From: a virus
Lineage: Duplodnaviria > Heunggongvirae > Uroviricota > Caudoviricetes
Direction: 5' to 3' (one strand)
Length of the DNA stretch: 64,000 nt
IMG/VR virus record: IMGVR_UViG_3300043425_000245
Part shown: piece by piece, positions 1 through 8,983 of the stretch
Layout of the letters: each line of letters opens with the position of its first letter
Numbering within the stretch: position 1 is the first letter of the stretch
Translations under genes and position numbers: made by a program
The notes under the pieces: generated by a model
Told to the model about the DNA's origin: nothing
Database searches by the model: none
The model's input: only the letters and a program-made list of their open reading frames with translations

Positions 1-81
1 TGGTTGGAGAACCTAGAAGAAACGTATCACGACGTTGAACACTGGAAAATCAAGTTCCCAACTAATATCCCTCGATATTAA
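1..81 (+). CDS. 3' end of an upstream gene (partial, ...WLENLEETYHDVEHWKIKFPTNIPRY*)
   Basis: Open frame from position 1 ends at TAA 79-81 and is followed immediately by an intrinsic terminator. Confidence 0.4.
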   Translation, partial: WLENLEETYHDVEHWKIKFPTNIPRY

Positions 82-85
82 ACAA

Positions 86-107
86 AGCCCTCTCCGGAGG
101 GCTTTTT
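86..107 (+). terminator. Rho-independent terminator
   Basis: Stem AGCCCTC (86-92), loop TCCG, stem GAGGGCT (97-103), then a TTTTT run. Confidence 0.75.
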
Positions 108-161
108 AATTTGCGCCTATATATTACTACTGAACTGAAGTTCGTTATTGTGGAGAAAAAT

Positions 162-1109
162 ATGGAAACTATGAAAAGACCTAAAGCATTTTTTATGAAT
201 GGTGGAGCTGGAAGATTACTATGCTCAATTCCAGCGTTCGAAAAATATGAGCAAGAATCTGGCGATAAAGATTTTATTATCGTGTGTGAAGGTGGCACCG
301 ATGTATTCAAGGGTCACCCAACCCTAGATGCCCGCACTTATGATATTTGGCACAAGGGTTTATTCCAAGACAAATTAAAACACATGGATATTGTGTCACC
401 TGAACCATACAGAGTTTGGGAATACTACAACCAGAAGTGTAACCTATCTCAAGCGTTCGACATTGAGATCAACCAAAAGGGTATCAGAGATTTACCTAGA
501 CCTACACTACGTTTGTCTAAGGAAGAGCTGCTAACCGCTCGCGAACTAATCGCAAACATCAAGAAGCAAATCAAGAAAGAAAAGGTCATTGTGTTCCAAC
601 CGTTCGGTCGTGGAATTACACAAAAAGACGGATCGTTCGTTGACCCAACTAATCGTAGCTTTGAATTCAAAGACGTTAAGTCTATTATTAAAAAGCTACA
701 ACAAAAAGATTTTGCTGTTGTCATGATGGCTGAGTTTGGTATTGAACTTAAAGGTGAGAACCTTAAAGACGATGTTGCTATGCCTGAAATTCCAAGCGTT
801 CGTGTGTGGGCTGCTGTTATCAAATACGCAGATTATTTCTTAGGTTGCGACAGCCTTGGTCAACACTTAGCATATGCTGTTGGTAAGAAAGCAACTGTTG
901 TTACTGGTCCAACAGACCCTATAAATATCACGTATCCTAACTGTAAGGATTTTGATATTATCGACATGGGTGAACTTGATAGAGAATACGAACCAATTCG
1001 TATCACTCAAGATGAGCGTCTAATGCGCAAACATGAGATGATTATGACTATGACTGATGATATTGTAAATATTGTTATTAACTCTGTTATGGGAAAGAAA
1101 ACTAAATGA
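162..1109 (+). CDS. Glycosyltransferase family 9 (ADP-heptose:acceptor heptosyltransferase-like)
   Basis: C-terminal region ...YADYFLGCDSLGQHLAYAVGKKATVVTGPTDP... matches the WaaC/WaaF signature D(S/T)G.HLA.A.G.P.V.L(F/Y)GPTDP. Start chosen at ATG 162 (GGAG at 152-155); the ORF track starts at TTG 111. Confidence 0.65.
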   Translation: METMKRPKAFFMNGGAGRLLCSIPAFEKYEQESGDKDFIIVCEGGTDVFKGHPTLDARTYDIWHKGLFQDKLKHMDIVSPEPYRVWEYYNQKCNLSQAFDIEINQKGIRDLPRPTLRLSKEELLTARELIANIKKQIKKEKVIVFQPFGRGITQKDGSFVDPTNRSFEFKDVKSIIKKLQQKDFAVVMMAEFGIELKGENLKDDVAMPEIPSVRVWAAVIKYADYFLGCDSLGQHLAYAVGKKATVVTGPTDPINITYPNCKDFDIIDMGELDREYEPIRITQDERLMRKHEMIMTMTDDIVNIVINSVMGKKTK

Positions 1110-2971
1110 GTGAACTTAATACTGGATTGCCATTAAAAACTGGCTACATTGCAGCAATTGCCCGTGGACATAACTCAGGCGTTTGCTTACTTAAAGATGG
1201 TAAGGTTGTTTTCTCTATTGAAGAAGAACGACTATCTAGACGCAAATACGATGGTGGTCCATATGCGTCAATGGTTAAGATCTTAGACTATACTGATAAG
1301 ATTGATTACCTAGTTATCGCTCACACTCAGTCTGTTGCTGAAACTGCTGGTCGTGTCGACTTCTCAGGCGATGACGTTTACACTGGTCTTGCAAGAAAAC
1401 TAGGTTTAATTGACCGCAATGTTTTTGGACCAAATCACCCTCAAGTTGTTGACTTGAGTTTCATGCACCATAAGCTACACGCAGCTTGCGCTTTCTACCG
1501 CTCTGGTTGGGAAGATGCTGTTGCTCTTATTGTAGACGGTGCAGGTACTTTCATTGGGATGAATGTCAATAACACTCCACTAACTGTTTGGGAAGTTGAG
1601 TCTATTGTAGACTGCGCATACCCATCAAACTTTACAACTTTGTACAAACACTATGGTACTCGTGAACCAATCCCAGGTGCCTTGACTAGATTAGATTCTG
1701 CTATGTTTGGCGAACAAGGTTTAACTCATGAAGCCTTAATCAGCGACCGTGCAGGTATCGTTAAAGTTTACGAGGCTGTTACTGAGTATTGTGGATGGTC
1801 TAGCATTGAAGCTGGCAAGACAATGGGTCTATTCCCATATGGTGTTGACAACCCAGCAATTCCTAAGTTGTTTGAAACAGACAGCATTGTACCATTGTCA
1901 AACCGCAACCTAATTGTACCAACATATCCTAATGGTGCACGTGTAAATGCTGAATTGTTTGAAGCATTAAAGACAGACGAATCGTGCGTTGTTGAAGAAG
2001 AATGCAGCGATTGTTCTTGCACTCCACCTCAAGATGTAACCTTGTTACAGAACCGCAGAGACTTAGCTTACGCTTGTCAAACACAAACTCAAGACCAAGT
2101 TGTAGCTTTGATTAGAAAAGCTGCACAAATGTCTGGTAAAAAGCGTGTTGTTATTAGCGGTGGATATGGTTTGAATTGCGTTGCTAACTATCATTACCTA
2201 GACGCATTGAAAGAAGATGGTATCGAGATTTATTGCGAACCAGTTTCCAATGATGCAGGTACTGCTCTTGGCGCTGCCTTAATGTTCCACCGTGGTATCA
2301 CAAACGATGCAACAGTTGAATCTAGAGCTGAAACGCTATACCTTGGACCAGCATATTCTTACAGCGATGAAGAAATTTCTGCTGTCGCTGAAAAGTATGA
2401 CGCTGAGGTCTTAGAAGCCACTCACGCTGACGTTGTAGAGTTGTTGATTAAGAAGAACATCGTGGCGCAGTTTCAAGGTCGTTCAGAGAATGGTCCACGT
2501 GCTTTGGGTAACCGTTCGTTCTTGTTCGATCCACGCTTTGAAGATGGTAAAGACTTTGTTAACAGCGTTAAGCATCGCGAATACTTCCGTCCGTTTGCTG
2601 GTTCTATTCTTGAAGAACATGTACACGAGTGGTTTGACCTTCGCGGTATGAAGTCATCTCCAACTATGATGTACGCTGTAAACTGTCAACCAGGGATTGA
2701 AGAAAAGATTCCTTCTATTATTCACGTTGATGGTACTTGCCGCATTCAAACAGTTAACCCTGAACAGAACAAGCATTACTACGATTTGATTAATGAGTTC
2801 TACAAGAAGACTGGAACACCAATCGTATTCAACACAAGTTTCAACTTGGGTGGAGACCCTCTAGTAGAAACCTTGGACGATGCAGTTGCAACTCTTGCCA
2901 AGAGTGAAGTTGAATACCTGTACTTACCAGAATATGGTAAACTGATTAAGGTGTCCAACTACGAAGAATGA
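1106..2971 (+). CDS. NodU/CmcH/TobZ-family O-carbamoyltransferase
   Basis: N-terminal Kae1-like motif GHNSGVCLLKDGKVVFSIEEERLSRRKYDGG, compared with TobZ [27 protein letters not shown]. C-terminal motifs GRSENGPRALGNRSF, RPFAGS and PSIIHVDGTCRIQTV...IVFNTSFNLGGDPLV also match. ATGA overlap with the upstream gene. Confidence 0.85.
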   Translation: MSELNTGLPLKTGYIAAIARGHNSGVCLLKDGKVVFSIEEERLSRRKYDGGPYASMVKILDYTDKIDYLVIAHTQSVAETAGRVDFSGDDVYTGLARKLGLIDRNVFGPNHPQVVDLSFMHHKLHAACAFYRSGWEDAVALIVDGAGTFIGMNVNNTPLTVWEVESIVDCAYPSNFTTLYKHYGTREPIPGALTRLDSAMFGEQGLTHEALISDRAGIVKVYEAVTEYCGWSSIEAGKTMGLFPYGVDNPAIPKLFETDSIVPLSNRNLIVPTYPNGARVNAELFEALKTDESCVVEEECSDCSCTPPQDVTLLQNRRDLAYACQTQTQDQVVALIRKAAQMSGKKRVVISGGYGLNCVANYHYLDALKEDGIEIYCEPVSNDAGTALGAALMFHRGITNDATVESRAETLYLGPAYSYSDEEISAVAEKYDAEVLEATHADVVELLIKKNIVAQFQGRSENGPRALGNRSFLFDPRFEDGKDFVNSVKHREYFRPFAGSILEEHVHEWFDLRGMKSSPTMMYAVNCQPGIEEKIPSIIHVDGTCRIQTVNPEQNKHYYDLINEFYKKTGTPIVFNTSFNLGGDPLVETLDDAVATLAKSEVEYLYLPEYGKLIKVSNYEE

Positions 2972-3378
2972 AAATCTTTGTAAACGGATCATTTGATATT
3001 CTCCACAAGGGTCATCTAGGGATGCTGGAAACAGCGAAGTCTCTAGGTGACTTTCTTTTAGTGGCTATTGATTCAGATAGGAGAATAGCTGAATTAAAAG
3101 GTAGCGACCGCCCATTCAATAATCAAGAAAACCGTGTTGCCTTAATGGCTGCATTGAAGTGGGTAGACAAAGTCAAGGTATTTGACTCGGATGATGAACT
3201 AATAAATATCATGAGACAGTACGAACCTGACATTACATTAAAAGGTTCTGACTGGTTTGGTAAGCGTATAGTCGGTCACGAATATGCTGGTAATATTATT
3301 TTTTATGATAGAATAGATGATGAGTCAACCACAAACACCATTGAACGTTTTATTGCTAGGCGACACCTGCACCGATGA
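2968..3378 (+). CDS. D-glycero-beta-D-manno-heptose 1-phosphate adenylyltransferase (HldE domain II-like, stand-alone)
   Basis: FVNGSFDILHKGHLGMLETAKSLGDFLLVAIDSDRRIAELKGSDRPFNNQENRVALMAALKWVD aligns with E. coli HldE C-domain [64 protein letters not shown]. Confidence 0.85.
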   Translation: MKIFVNGSFDILHKGHLGMLETAKSLGDFLLVAIDSDRRIAELKGSDRPFNNQENRVALMAALKWVDKVKVFDSDDELINIMRQYEPDITLKGSDWFGKRIVGHEYAGNIIFYDRIDDESTTNTIERFIARRHLHR

Positions 3379-4075
3379 ATATTACATTGGTACTGTAAAC
3401 AGGATAAGCCCAGAAGCACCAATCCCCATTTTAGATTTCAAACACACCAAACAAACTCTTGGTATGGGTGGTAACGTTTACAACAATTTAATAAACCTTG
3501 GATGTAGCGTCACATCTTATCTTGGAGACTCTGGTGTTAAACAAAGGTTTATCGACAGCAAATCAAACCATCAACTGTTAAGGGTTGATTATCCTCCAAA
3601 ATATAAAACACAGTTACACGAGATTCAACCATTAAACTACGATCTAATTGTAGTGTCAGATTATGACAAAGGGTTTTTATCTTACGAGGATATAGCCAAA
3701 TTAAAACAACAATACACTTGCCCTATTTTTATTGATACCAAGAAAACTGACACGGCTCAGTTTGAAGGATGTTTTCTTAAAATCAACAGCTTAGAATACA
3801 GTAAACTTACGAGTCAATGTAGCGACATTATAGTGACTCATGGGTCAGAGAAAGTTGTTTTCAAGAACAAAGAATATAAAGTTCCAACTGTAGAAGCATT
3901 TGATGTTTGCGGAGCTGGAGATACTTTCCTAGCAGCACTTGCTGTTAAGTTTACCCAAACAAAGGATTGGGACGTTTCTATTGAATTTGCTATGGGTGCC
4001 TCAGCAATAACTGTAAGGCATCTTGGAGTTTATGCGCCAACGTATGAGGAGATTAATTATGAGATTACAAGGTAA
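3317..4075 (+). CDS. D-glycero-beta-D-manno-heptose 7-phosphate kinase (HldE domain I-like, PfkB family, stand-alone)
   Basis: LLLGDTCTDEYYIGTVNRISPEAPIPIL matches HldE [27 protein letters not shown]. PfkB motif VCGAGDTFLAALA matches VTGAGDTVIGVLA. The start overlaps the upstream gene by about 60 nt in another frame; exact start uncertain. Confidence 0.8.
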   Translation: MMSQPQTPLNVLLLGDTCTDEYYIGTVNRISPEAPIPILDFKHTKQTLGMGGNVYNNLINLGCSVTSYLGDSGVKQRFIDSKSNHQLLRVDYPPKYKTQLHEIQPLNYDLIVVSDYDKGFLSYEDIAKLKQQYTCPIFIDTKKTDTAQFEGCFLKINSLEYSKLTSQCSDIIVTHGSEKVVFKNKEYKVPTVEAFDVCGAGDTFLAALAVKFTQTKDWDVSIEFAMGASAITVRHLGVYAPTYEEINYEITR

Positions 4076-4424
4076 ACAAGAAAAAGGTTGGGGTCATGAA
4101 GACATCTGGGCAACCAACGATAAGTATTGTGGTAAGATGATGCACTTTAACGAGGACGCTAAGTTCTCAATGCACTTCCATAAAGACAAAGATGAAACAT
4201 GGTTTGTCATTAATGGTAAGTTTTTAGTTAGATACATAGACACAAGTAACGCTAAAATATTTGAAACTGTATTGGAACCAGGAGACGTTTGGCACAATCC
4301 GCCTCTCTTACCTCACCAGTTGTATTGTATAGAAAAAGGTACAATTTGTGAAGTCAGCACTCCAGATTCAGTTGAAGATAACTTTAGAGTTATGCCAGGT
4401 GACAGCCAGAAAGAAGAACAATGA
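4059..4424 (+). CDS. Cupin-fold protein (candidate sugar-nucleotide 3,5-epimerase or sugar-phosphate isomerase)
   Basis: Small cupin signature G.GHEDIW...HFH.DKDETWFVINGKF...EPGDVWHNPP..H. GAGGA RBS at 4046-4050 before ATG 4059. Embedded in the heptose operon with an ATGA overlap to the next gene. Confidence 0.5.
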   Translation: MRLQGKQEKGWGHEDIWATNDKYCGKMMHFNEDAKFSMHFHKDKDETWFVINGKFLVRYIDTSNAKIFETVLEPGDVWHNPPLLPHQLYCIEKGTICEVSTPDSVEDNFRVMPGDSQKEEQ

Positions 4425-5179
4425 AACTTTTAATTACAGGTTATAAGGGGTTCATCGGTAAAAATGCCGTTGAATACTTTGGAAAGAAGCACGATCTCGT
4501 ATTATACGAATGGGGTGATAAGTTTCCAGAACTAGACGGTATAGATAGAGTCTTACATTTTGGAGCTATCTCTTCAACCACTGAAACTAACGTGGAAAGA
4601 ATCATGGCTCAAAATTATGATTTTACTATCGGTCTGTTCGCTAAATGTCAAGCCAAAGGTATTCCAGTTCAGTTCTCTAGCTCGGCTTCTGTTTACGGGC
4701 AAGGCACTGAGTTCAAAGAAACTTCTAAAGTTGATCCAAAGACGCCATATGCTTGGTCAAAGTATATGGTTGAAAAGTATGCAACCAAGAATAAGCTAAA
4801 CGTTCAGTGTTTCCGTTATTTTAATGTATATGGACCACACGAAGAACATAAGGGTTCTCAAGCAAGCCCATACTATCAGTTTAAGAAACAAGCTGAGCAA
4901 AACGGTTCTATCAACGTATTCAAGGGTTCAGAGAACTATAAACGAGACTTTGTCCCAGTTCAAACAGTTCTGGAAATCCAAGAAAAGTTTATGACTATCC
5001 CAGAAGCTGGTATCTGGAACATCGGTACAGGTGAGGTAAAGAGTTTTATGGAGATCGCTGAGAGTTTCAACGTTCCCATTAATCAAGTTCCAATGCCTAA
5101 CTGGTTATCGGTTAGTTACCAAACCTACACTCGCGCCGACCTTACTAAGTTGCAACAAACCTTGCAGTTATATAAATAG
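4421..5179 (+). CDS. ADP-L-glycero-D-manno-heptose 6-epimerase-like (HldD/RfaD family, SDR)
   Basis: N-terminal LITGYKGFIGKN Rossmann motif. FNVYGPHEEHKGSQASPYYQFKKQAEQNGSINVFKGSENYKRDFVPVQTV aligns with HldD [44 protein letters not shown]. Confidence 0.8.
   Translation: MKLLITGYKGFIGKNAVEYFGKKHDLVLYEWGDKFPELDGIDRVLHFGAISSTTETNVERIMAQNYDFTIGLFAKCQAKGIPVQFSSSASVYGQGTEFKETSKVDPKTPYAWSKYMVEKYATKNKLNVQCFRYFNVYGPHEEHKGSQASPYYQFKKQAEQNGSINVFKGSENYKRDFVPVQTVLEIQEKFMTIPEAGIWNIGTGEVKSFMEIAESFNVPINQVPMPNWLSVSYQTYTRADLTKLQQTLQLYK
5171..5178 (+). promoter_or_regulatory. T4-type late promoter box TATAAATA upstream of gp13
   Basis: Exact TATAAATA about 30 nt upstream of ATG 5209. gp55 late sigma factor is encoded in this window. 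Confidence 0.5.
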
Positions 5180-5208
5180 ATAATTAAATAACTTTCAGGC
5201 AAACTACT

Positions 5209-6174
5209 ATGGCAGTTGCATCTAGAGAACAATTAAAACAATATGCGCTAAGAGCACTAGGTGCTCCAGTGTTAGAGATCAACGTTGAAAATAGTCAATT
5301 AGAAGACCGTCTAGATGAAGCGTTGGAATACTGGAATTTATACCACTACGAGGGTGTAGAGCAGATGTATTTGAAGCACCGCATTCGTGCTTCCACCCTA
5401 AATCTTCAATCAAATAATGGTACACAATTTGAAATCGCAGAAGTGATTACAGGTGTAACTTCTGGGGCTAAAGCCAAGGTTATCCCAGAATCTGGAAGCC
5501 AACCAACTAACGATAAGATCTTTGTTAGAAACGTTGTTGGTACTTTCTTGCCAGGAGAAACTATTACTGGTTCTTCTGGGCACACTGCCACTCTAGCTGA
5601 TTCCAACCCAGCCACTCTTGGCGAATACGATCTAAAATATATCACTGTACCTGATTATGTGTACGGTGTGACTAAGGTATTGAACATCGGTCAGGCTTCT
5701 TCTTCTAAGAACATCTTTGACTTACAATACCAACTACGTTTGAACGACTTGTATGACTTAACTTCTACAAGTATTGTTTATTACAAGACTACAATGAGCC
5801 ACTTGGCTATGTTGGACTTGGAATTGAACGGGCACGTCTTGTATCGTTTTAACCGTATGCAGAACCGTATGTACTTGGACATTAACTGGGAAACTGATGT
5901 TATCATCGGCGACTATATCTTAATCCAAGGATATCGTGCAATTGACCCGTCAACATACGTTCGTGTATTCTCCGAGCCATGGTTGAAACATTATGTTACA
6001 GCTTTGTTTAAAAAGCAATGGGCAGTTAACATTAAAAAGTTCTCTGGTCTACAATTGCCAGGCGGCGTGACTCTTGATGGTGATAAGCTATATGCCGAAG
6101 CTGTTAAAGAGATTGAAGACCTAGAAGACGAACTACAAACAAAATCAGCACCGCTTGACTTTTTCTTGGGGTAA
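5209..6174 (+). CDS. Neck protein gp13
   Basis: N-terminal ...LRALGAPVLEINVENSQLEDRLDEALEYWNLYHYEG... matches T4 gp13 ...[36 protein letters not shown]. C-terminal SGLQLPGGVTLDGDKLYAEA matches QGMMLPGGVTIDGDRFYSEG. Confidence 0.85.
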   Translation: MAVASREQLKQYALRALGAPVLEINVENSQLEDRLDEALEYWNLYHYEGVEQMYLKHRIRASTLNLQSNNGTQFEIAEVITGVTSGAKAKVIPESGSQPTNDKIFVRNVVGTFLPGETITGSSGHTATLADSNPATLGEYDLKYITVPDYVYGVTKVLNIGQASSSKNIFDLQYQLRLNDLYDLTSTSIVYYKTTMSHLAMLDLELNGHVLYRFNRMQNRMYLDINWETDVIIGDYILIQGYRAIDPSTYVRVFSEPWLKHYVTALFKKQWAVNIKKFSGLQLPGGVTLDGDKLYAEAVKEIEDLEDELQTKSAPLDFFLG

Positions 6175-6177
6175 TCA

Positions 6178-6927
6178 ATGGCAACAAATCCATACTTTAC
6201 CCAAGGTACTTCTAGCGAACAAGATCTTATCGAAGACATCATCATTGAGTCTTTGAAGATCTACGGTAAAGACTTCTTATACATTCCTCGCACTCAAGTA
6301 TCAACAGACCGTATCTTCGGCGAAGATCGTTTGTCTAAATTTGAACACGCATATCCAATCGAGATGTACTTTGATAACATCGAGAGTTTGGCTGGTCAAG
6401 GTGCTATGATTCAGAAGTTCGGTTTACTAATGGATCAGTCTGCAACTCTAACTGTTGCCCGTAAACGATGGACTGACCTAATCGGCGTCCATGGAACAAC
6501 GTATCTACCAAACAGACCAAACGAAGGTGATTTAATTTATTACCCTTTGACTAAAGGTTTGTTTGAAATCAAATTCGTTAAACACCAAGAGCCTTTCTAT
6601 CAACTAGGTCGCTTGTATACTTACAAGCTGGACGTTGAACTATTCCAATACAGTAGCGAGAAGATTGATACTGGTGTCCCTGAAGTTGATGTATTTGAAA
6701 ACCTCAAGTCGTTTGACGTTACTGTAAACCCTGAGGTTGAAGACGCTACTGGATTTGCAGATAATCAAACTTTCAAAGATAAAGCAGTATCTGAAAACGC
6801 TTTGTTCGACGAGTCTAACCCATTTGGTGAAGTTGGCACTGGTGGAGTTCCAGGATACTCGCGTGCCGCTGATACATCTACATTAACTGCTGATCAGACA
6901 ACAATTAAAACAGATAGGACAGTATAA
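6178..6927 (+). CDS. Neck protein gp14 (by position and size)
   Basis: Immediately follows gp13, as in T4-like genomes. Size 249 aa. Direct motif recognition is weak. Confidence 0.55.
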   Translation: MATNPYFTQGTSSEQDLIEDIIIESLKIYGKDFLYIPRTQVSTDRIFGEDRLSKFEHAYPIEMYFDNIESLAGQGAMIQKFGLLMDQSATLTVARKRWTDLIGVHGTTYLPNRPNEGDLIYYPLTKGLFEIKFVKHQEPFYQLGRLYTYKLDVELFQYSSEKIDTGVPEVDVFENLKSFDVTVNPEVEDATGFADNQTFKDKAVSENALFDESNPFGEVGTGGVPGYSRAADTSTLTADQTTIKTDRTV

Positions 6928-8207
6928 TGGCTAAGCAAACAGTCAACCTTGGAACCATGGCAGACAATAAGTCTGGTGATCCACTACGCACAGCGTTTGA
7001 AAAGATTAACGAAAACTTTGACGAGTTATATGCTAGTACACATAACACCAGTTCTTTGGTAAAACAAGGTGCGGGTTTAGAAGAACTTGGAGTTTTACAA
7101 GATACATACCAAGAATTGGTTATTCAGTTTGAAGAACAGTTGATGTCGATGGAGGGTGAAGAAGGATATCCTTTTGGCGTTCAGTTGCCAATAACAAATC
7201 CAACAGCAACATACGAAACGCTAATGAACCTTGGACCAAATACTACTCCTGGATTTGTATCATTAGCTGTAATTGCCAACACCATGGTGCAAGCGTATAC
7301 TGCATTTCAAGAAGCAGTTGTAAGCGCAGAAATTACTTCTGGCGATCTAACTCTAAGATTCAATAACCTTGGAGAGTTGGTATTCCCTGATGGCACTAAA
7401 CAAACAACAGCTTTTGTAGAAGAAACACCTAGCCTGATTAGCAGCGGTAATACTGCTCCAGGATCAGCTGTTGTGGCAAATGAGACATCTGTTGATGTTA
7501 ACTTCTCAGGTTCTGGTACAAAGTTTAAGTTTAAATCAAACGGAGATCTACAAGTTAGTAGTGGAGACATTGTAAACCAAAGTAACGTTTCTCTGTTTGC
7601 TAATAAAGTAACTGAACCAACGCCCTCTACGTTTGGCACTATCGCAACTGTTATATCTTCTCCAACACAGAATGTAAACTGGACTGCAGGTACTGGAATT
7701 GCTGGTGGTGTTTCTAATTCTAATATTGGTATCAGTATTACTAATGGTGTTCCTACTTTCACTATTAACGATGCAGGTGTGCCAGGAAGGTACGTTGGTG
7801 AGCAAATCTTTAATATCACAGGTTCTACTTTCGGCGGCACTGATGGTATTGACGATATGGCTATTATAGTTGACACTGTATCAGATAATGTAACTGAACT
7901 AGATGTAACTAAAGATGTGCACTACCTTGAAGAAGGCGATTATAACTTACCAGATGGTGTAGAAGGTAAAGTTATACAATTCGTCCCAAAGACAACTAGA
8001 AATGTTTGGTTGAGAGTAGCAAACCTAGCTTACATGGCTTACAATGAACAATCTCAATCATTTAATTTAAGAACTATTGGAACTGACTACTGGTTCAACC
8101 CATTCTATGTTCAAGATCAAGGTAGTGGTAGCCTTCAGTCTCAAGTAGTAACAACTGCCGTATTTATTGGTGGCGCTTGGAACTTCTCTAACGGAGTTAT
8201 TGATTAA
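6927..8207 (+). CDS. Extra structural fibre-like protein inserted between gp14 and gp15
   Basis: N-terminal GDPLRTAFEKINENFDELY motif resembles conserved N-terminal motifs of phage fibre/spike proteins. T/S/G/N-rich beta-type composition. No canonical T4 counterpart at this position. Confidence 0.35.
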   Translation: MAKQTVNLGTMADNKSGDPLRTAFEKINENFDELYASTHNTSSLVKQGAGLEELGVLQDTYQELVIQFEEQLMSMEGEEGYPFGVQLPITNPTATYETLMNLGPNTTPGFVSLAVIANTMVQAYTAFQEAVVSAEITSGDLTLRFNNLGELVFPDGTKQTTAFVEETPSLISSGNTAPGSAVVANETSVDVNFSGSGTKFKFKSNGDLQVSSGDIVNQSNVSLFANKVTEPTPSTFGTIATVISSPTQNVNWTAGTGIAGGVSNSNIGISITNGVPTFTINDAGVPGRYVGEQIFNITGSTFGGTDGIDDMAIIVDTVSDNVTELDVTKDVHYLEEGDYNLPDGVEGKVIQFVPKTTRNVWLRVANLAYMAYNEQSQSFNLRTIGTDYWFNPFYVQDQGSGSLQSQVVTTAVFIGGAWNFSNGVID

Positions 8208-8977
8208 TGTTAAACAATAGTGTATTTTATCACGGGATAGTTAGAAAATGTATTATCGGCTTCGGTCGTTTGTTTTCTAACATCTACATTGACCGCAGGA
8301 TTAGTGATCCAGTGAATGGTGAACAGGTTCAACGCATTCACGTTCCATTGTCTTACGCTCCGAAAGAAAAATGGTTAGTTCGTTTGGATGAAGACCCAAC
8401 ATTAGAGAACCACACTCTTACATCTCTACCAAGAATGTCTTTTGAAATTATCGCATATACTTACGATTCTTTGCGTAAAGTAAACCGTATGCAATATATG
8501 AAAAATGATGGTGTATCCACTAATGGTGATACTTCTACATCAATGGTAAGAACTCCAGTTCCATACAACATTGATATGTCTTTGTATATTGTAACAAAGA
8601 CTCAAGAAGACGCTCTTCAAATTATTGAGCAGATTCTTCCATGGTTTACTCCAGAATACTCTATGACTATTAATGCTGTAGATGATATGGGCATTAAGCT
8701 AGACGTTCCAGTCGTTCTAAACTCTGTTATTGTATCAGACGAATTTGAAGGTACGTTCCAACAACGTCGTTTTGTTATCCACACAATTAACTTCCAGATG
8801 AAAGTTTCTATGTTTGGTCCAGTTTCTCAACAAGGTGTTATTCTTCAAACTGACGCTAACGTTGGTATGAACACCAACCCAGCAACTCCAATTGATGTAA
8901 CTTACCGAGCAACGGGTGAATTTGGTCCAAATGGTGAACATATAATCACCAATGATGGGTGGATTAACGAACTCTAA
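8207..8977 (+). CDS. Tail sheath stabiliser / tail completion protein gp15
   Basis: GFGRLFSNIYIDRR...IHVPLSYAPKEKWL matches T4 gp15 LMGDLFSNIQIKRQ...IRVPITYASKEHFM. IEQILPWFTPEYS matches VEQILPYFQPHFN. Confidence 0.8.
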   Translation: MLNNSVFYHGIVRKCIIGFGRLFSNIYIDRRISDPVNGEQVQRIHVPLSYAPKEKWLVRLDEDPTLENHTLTSLPRMSFEIIAYTYDSLRKVNRMQYMKNDGVSTNGDTSTSMVRTPVPYNIDMSLYIVTKTQEDALQIIEQILPWFTPEYSMTINAVDDMGIKLDVPVVLNSVIVSDEFEGTFQQRRFVIHTINFQMKVSMFGPVSQQGVILQTDANVGMNTNPATPIDVTYRATGEFGPNGEHIITNDGWINEL

Positions 8978-8983
8978 TAATTT

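Noticed and set aside
62-310. Minus-strand ORFs throughout the window (for example 62..310, 449..823, 1768..2022, 7307..7876, 10980..11435, 24172..24609, 27628..28479, 31641..32654, 37942..38664)
   Set aside because: Every one is antisense to, and fully nested in, a + strand gene with strong homology support. The translations are low-complexity and lack motifs or RBS context. The window is best explained as unidirectionally transcribed.
4560-4799. ORF 4560..4799 (+) and similar short nested ORFs (14590..14814, 17418..17630, 22319..22519, 25453..26091, 27068..27472, 47192..47521)
   Set aside because: Nested in alternative frames of well-supported genes. No independent signals.
6927-8207. Could this ORF be the missing small terminase gp16 (expected between gp15 and gp17)?
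   Set aside because: At 426 aa it is far too large. Its composition is fibre/beta-rich rather than an oligomerisation-helix protein, and it lies before gp15, not after it.
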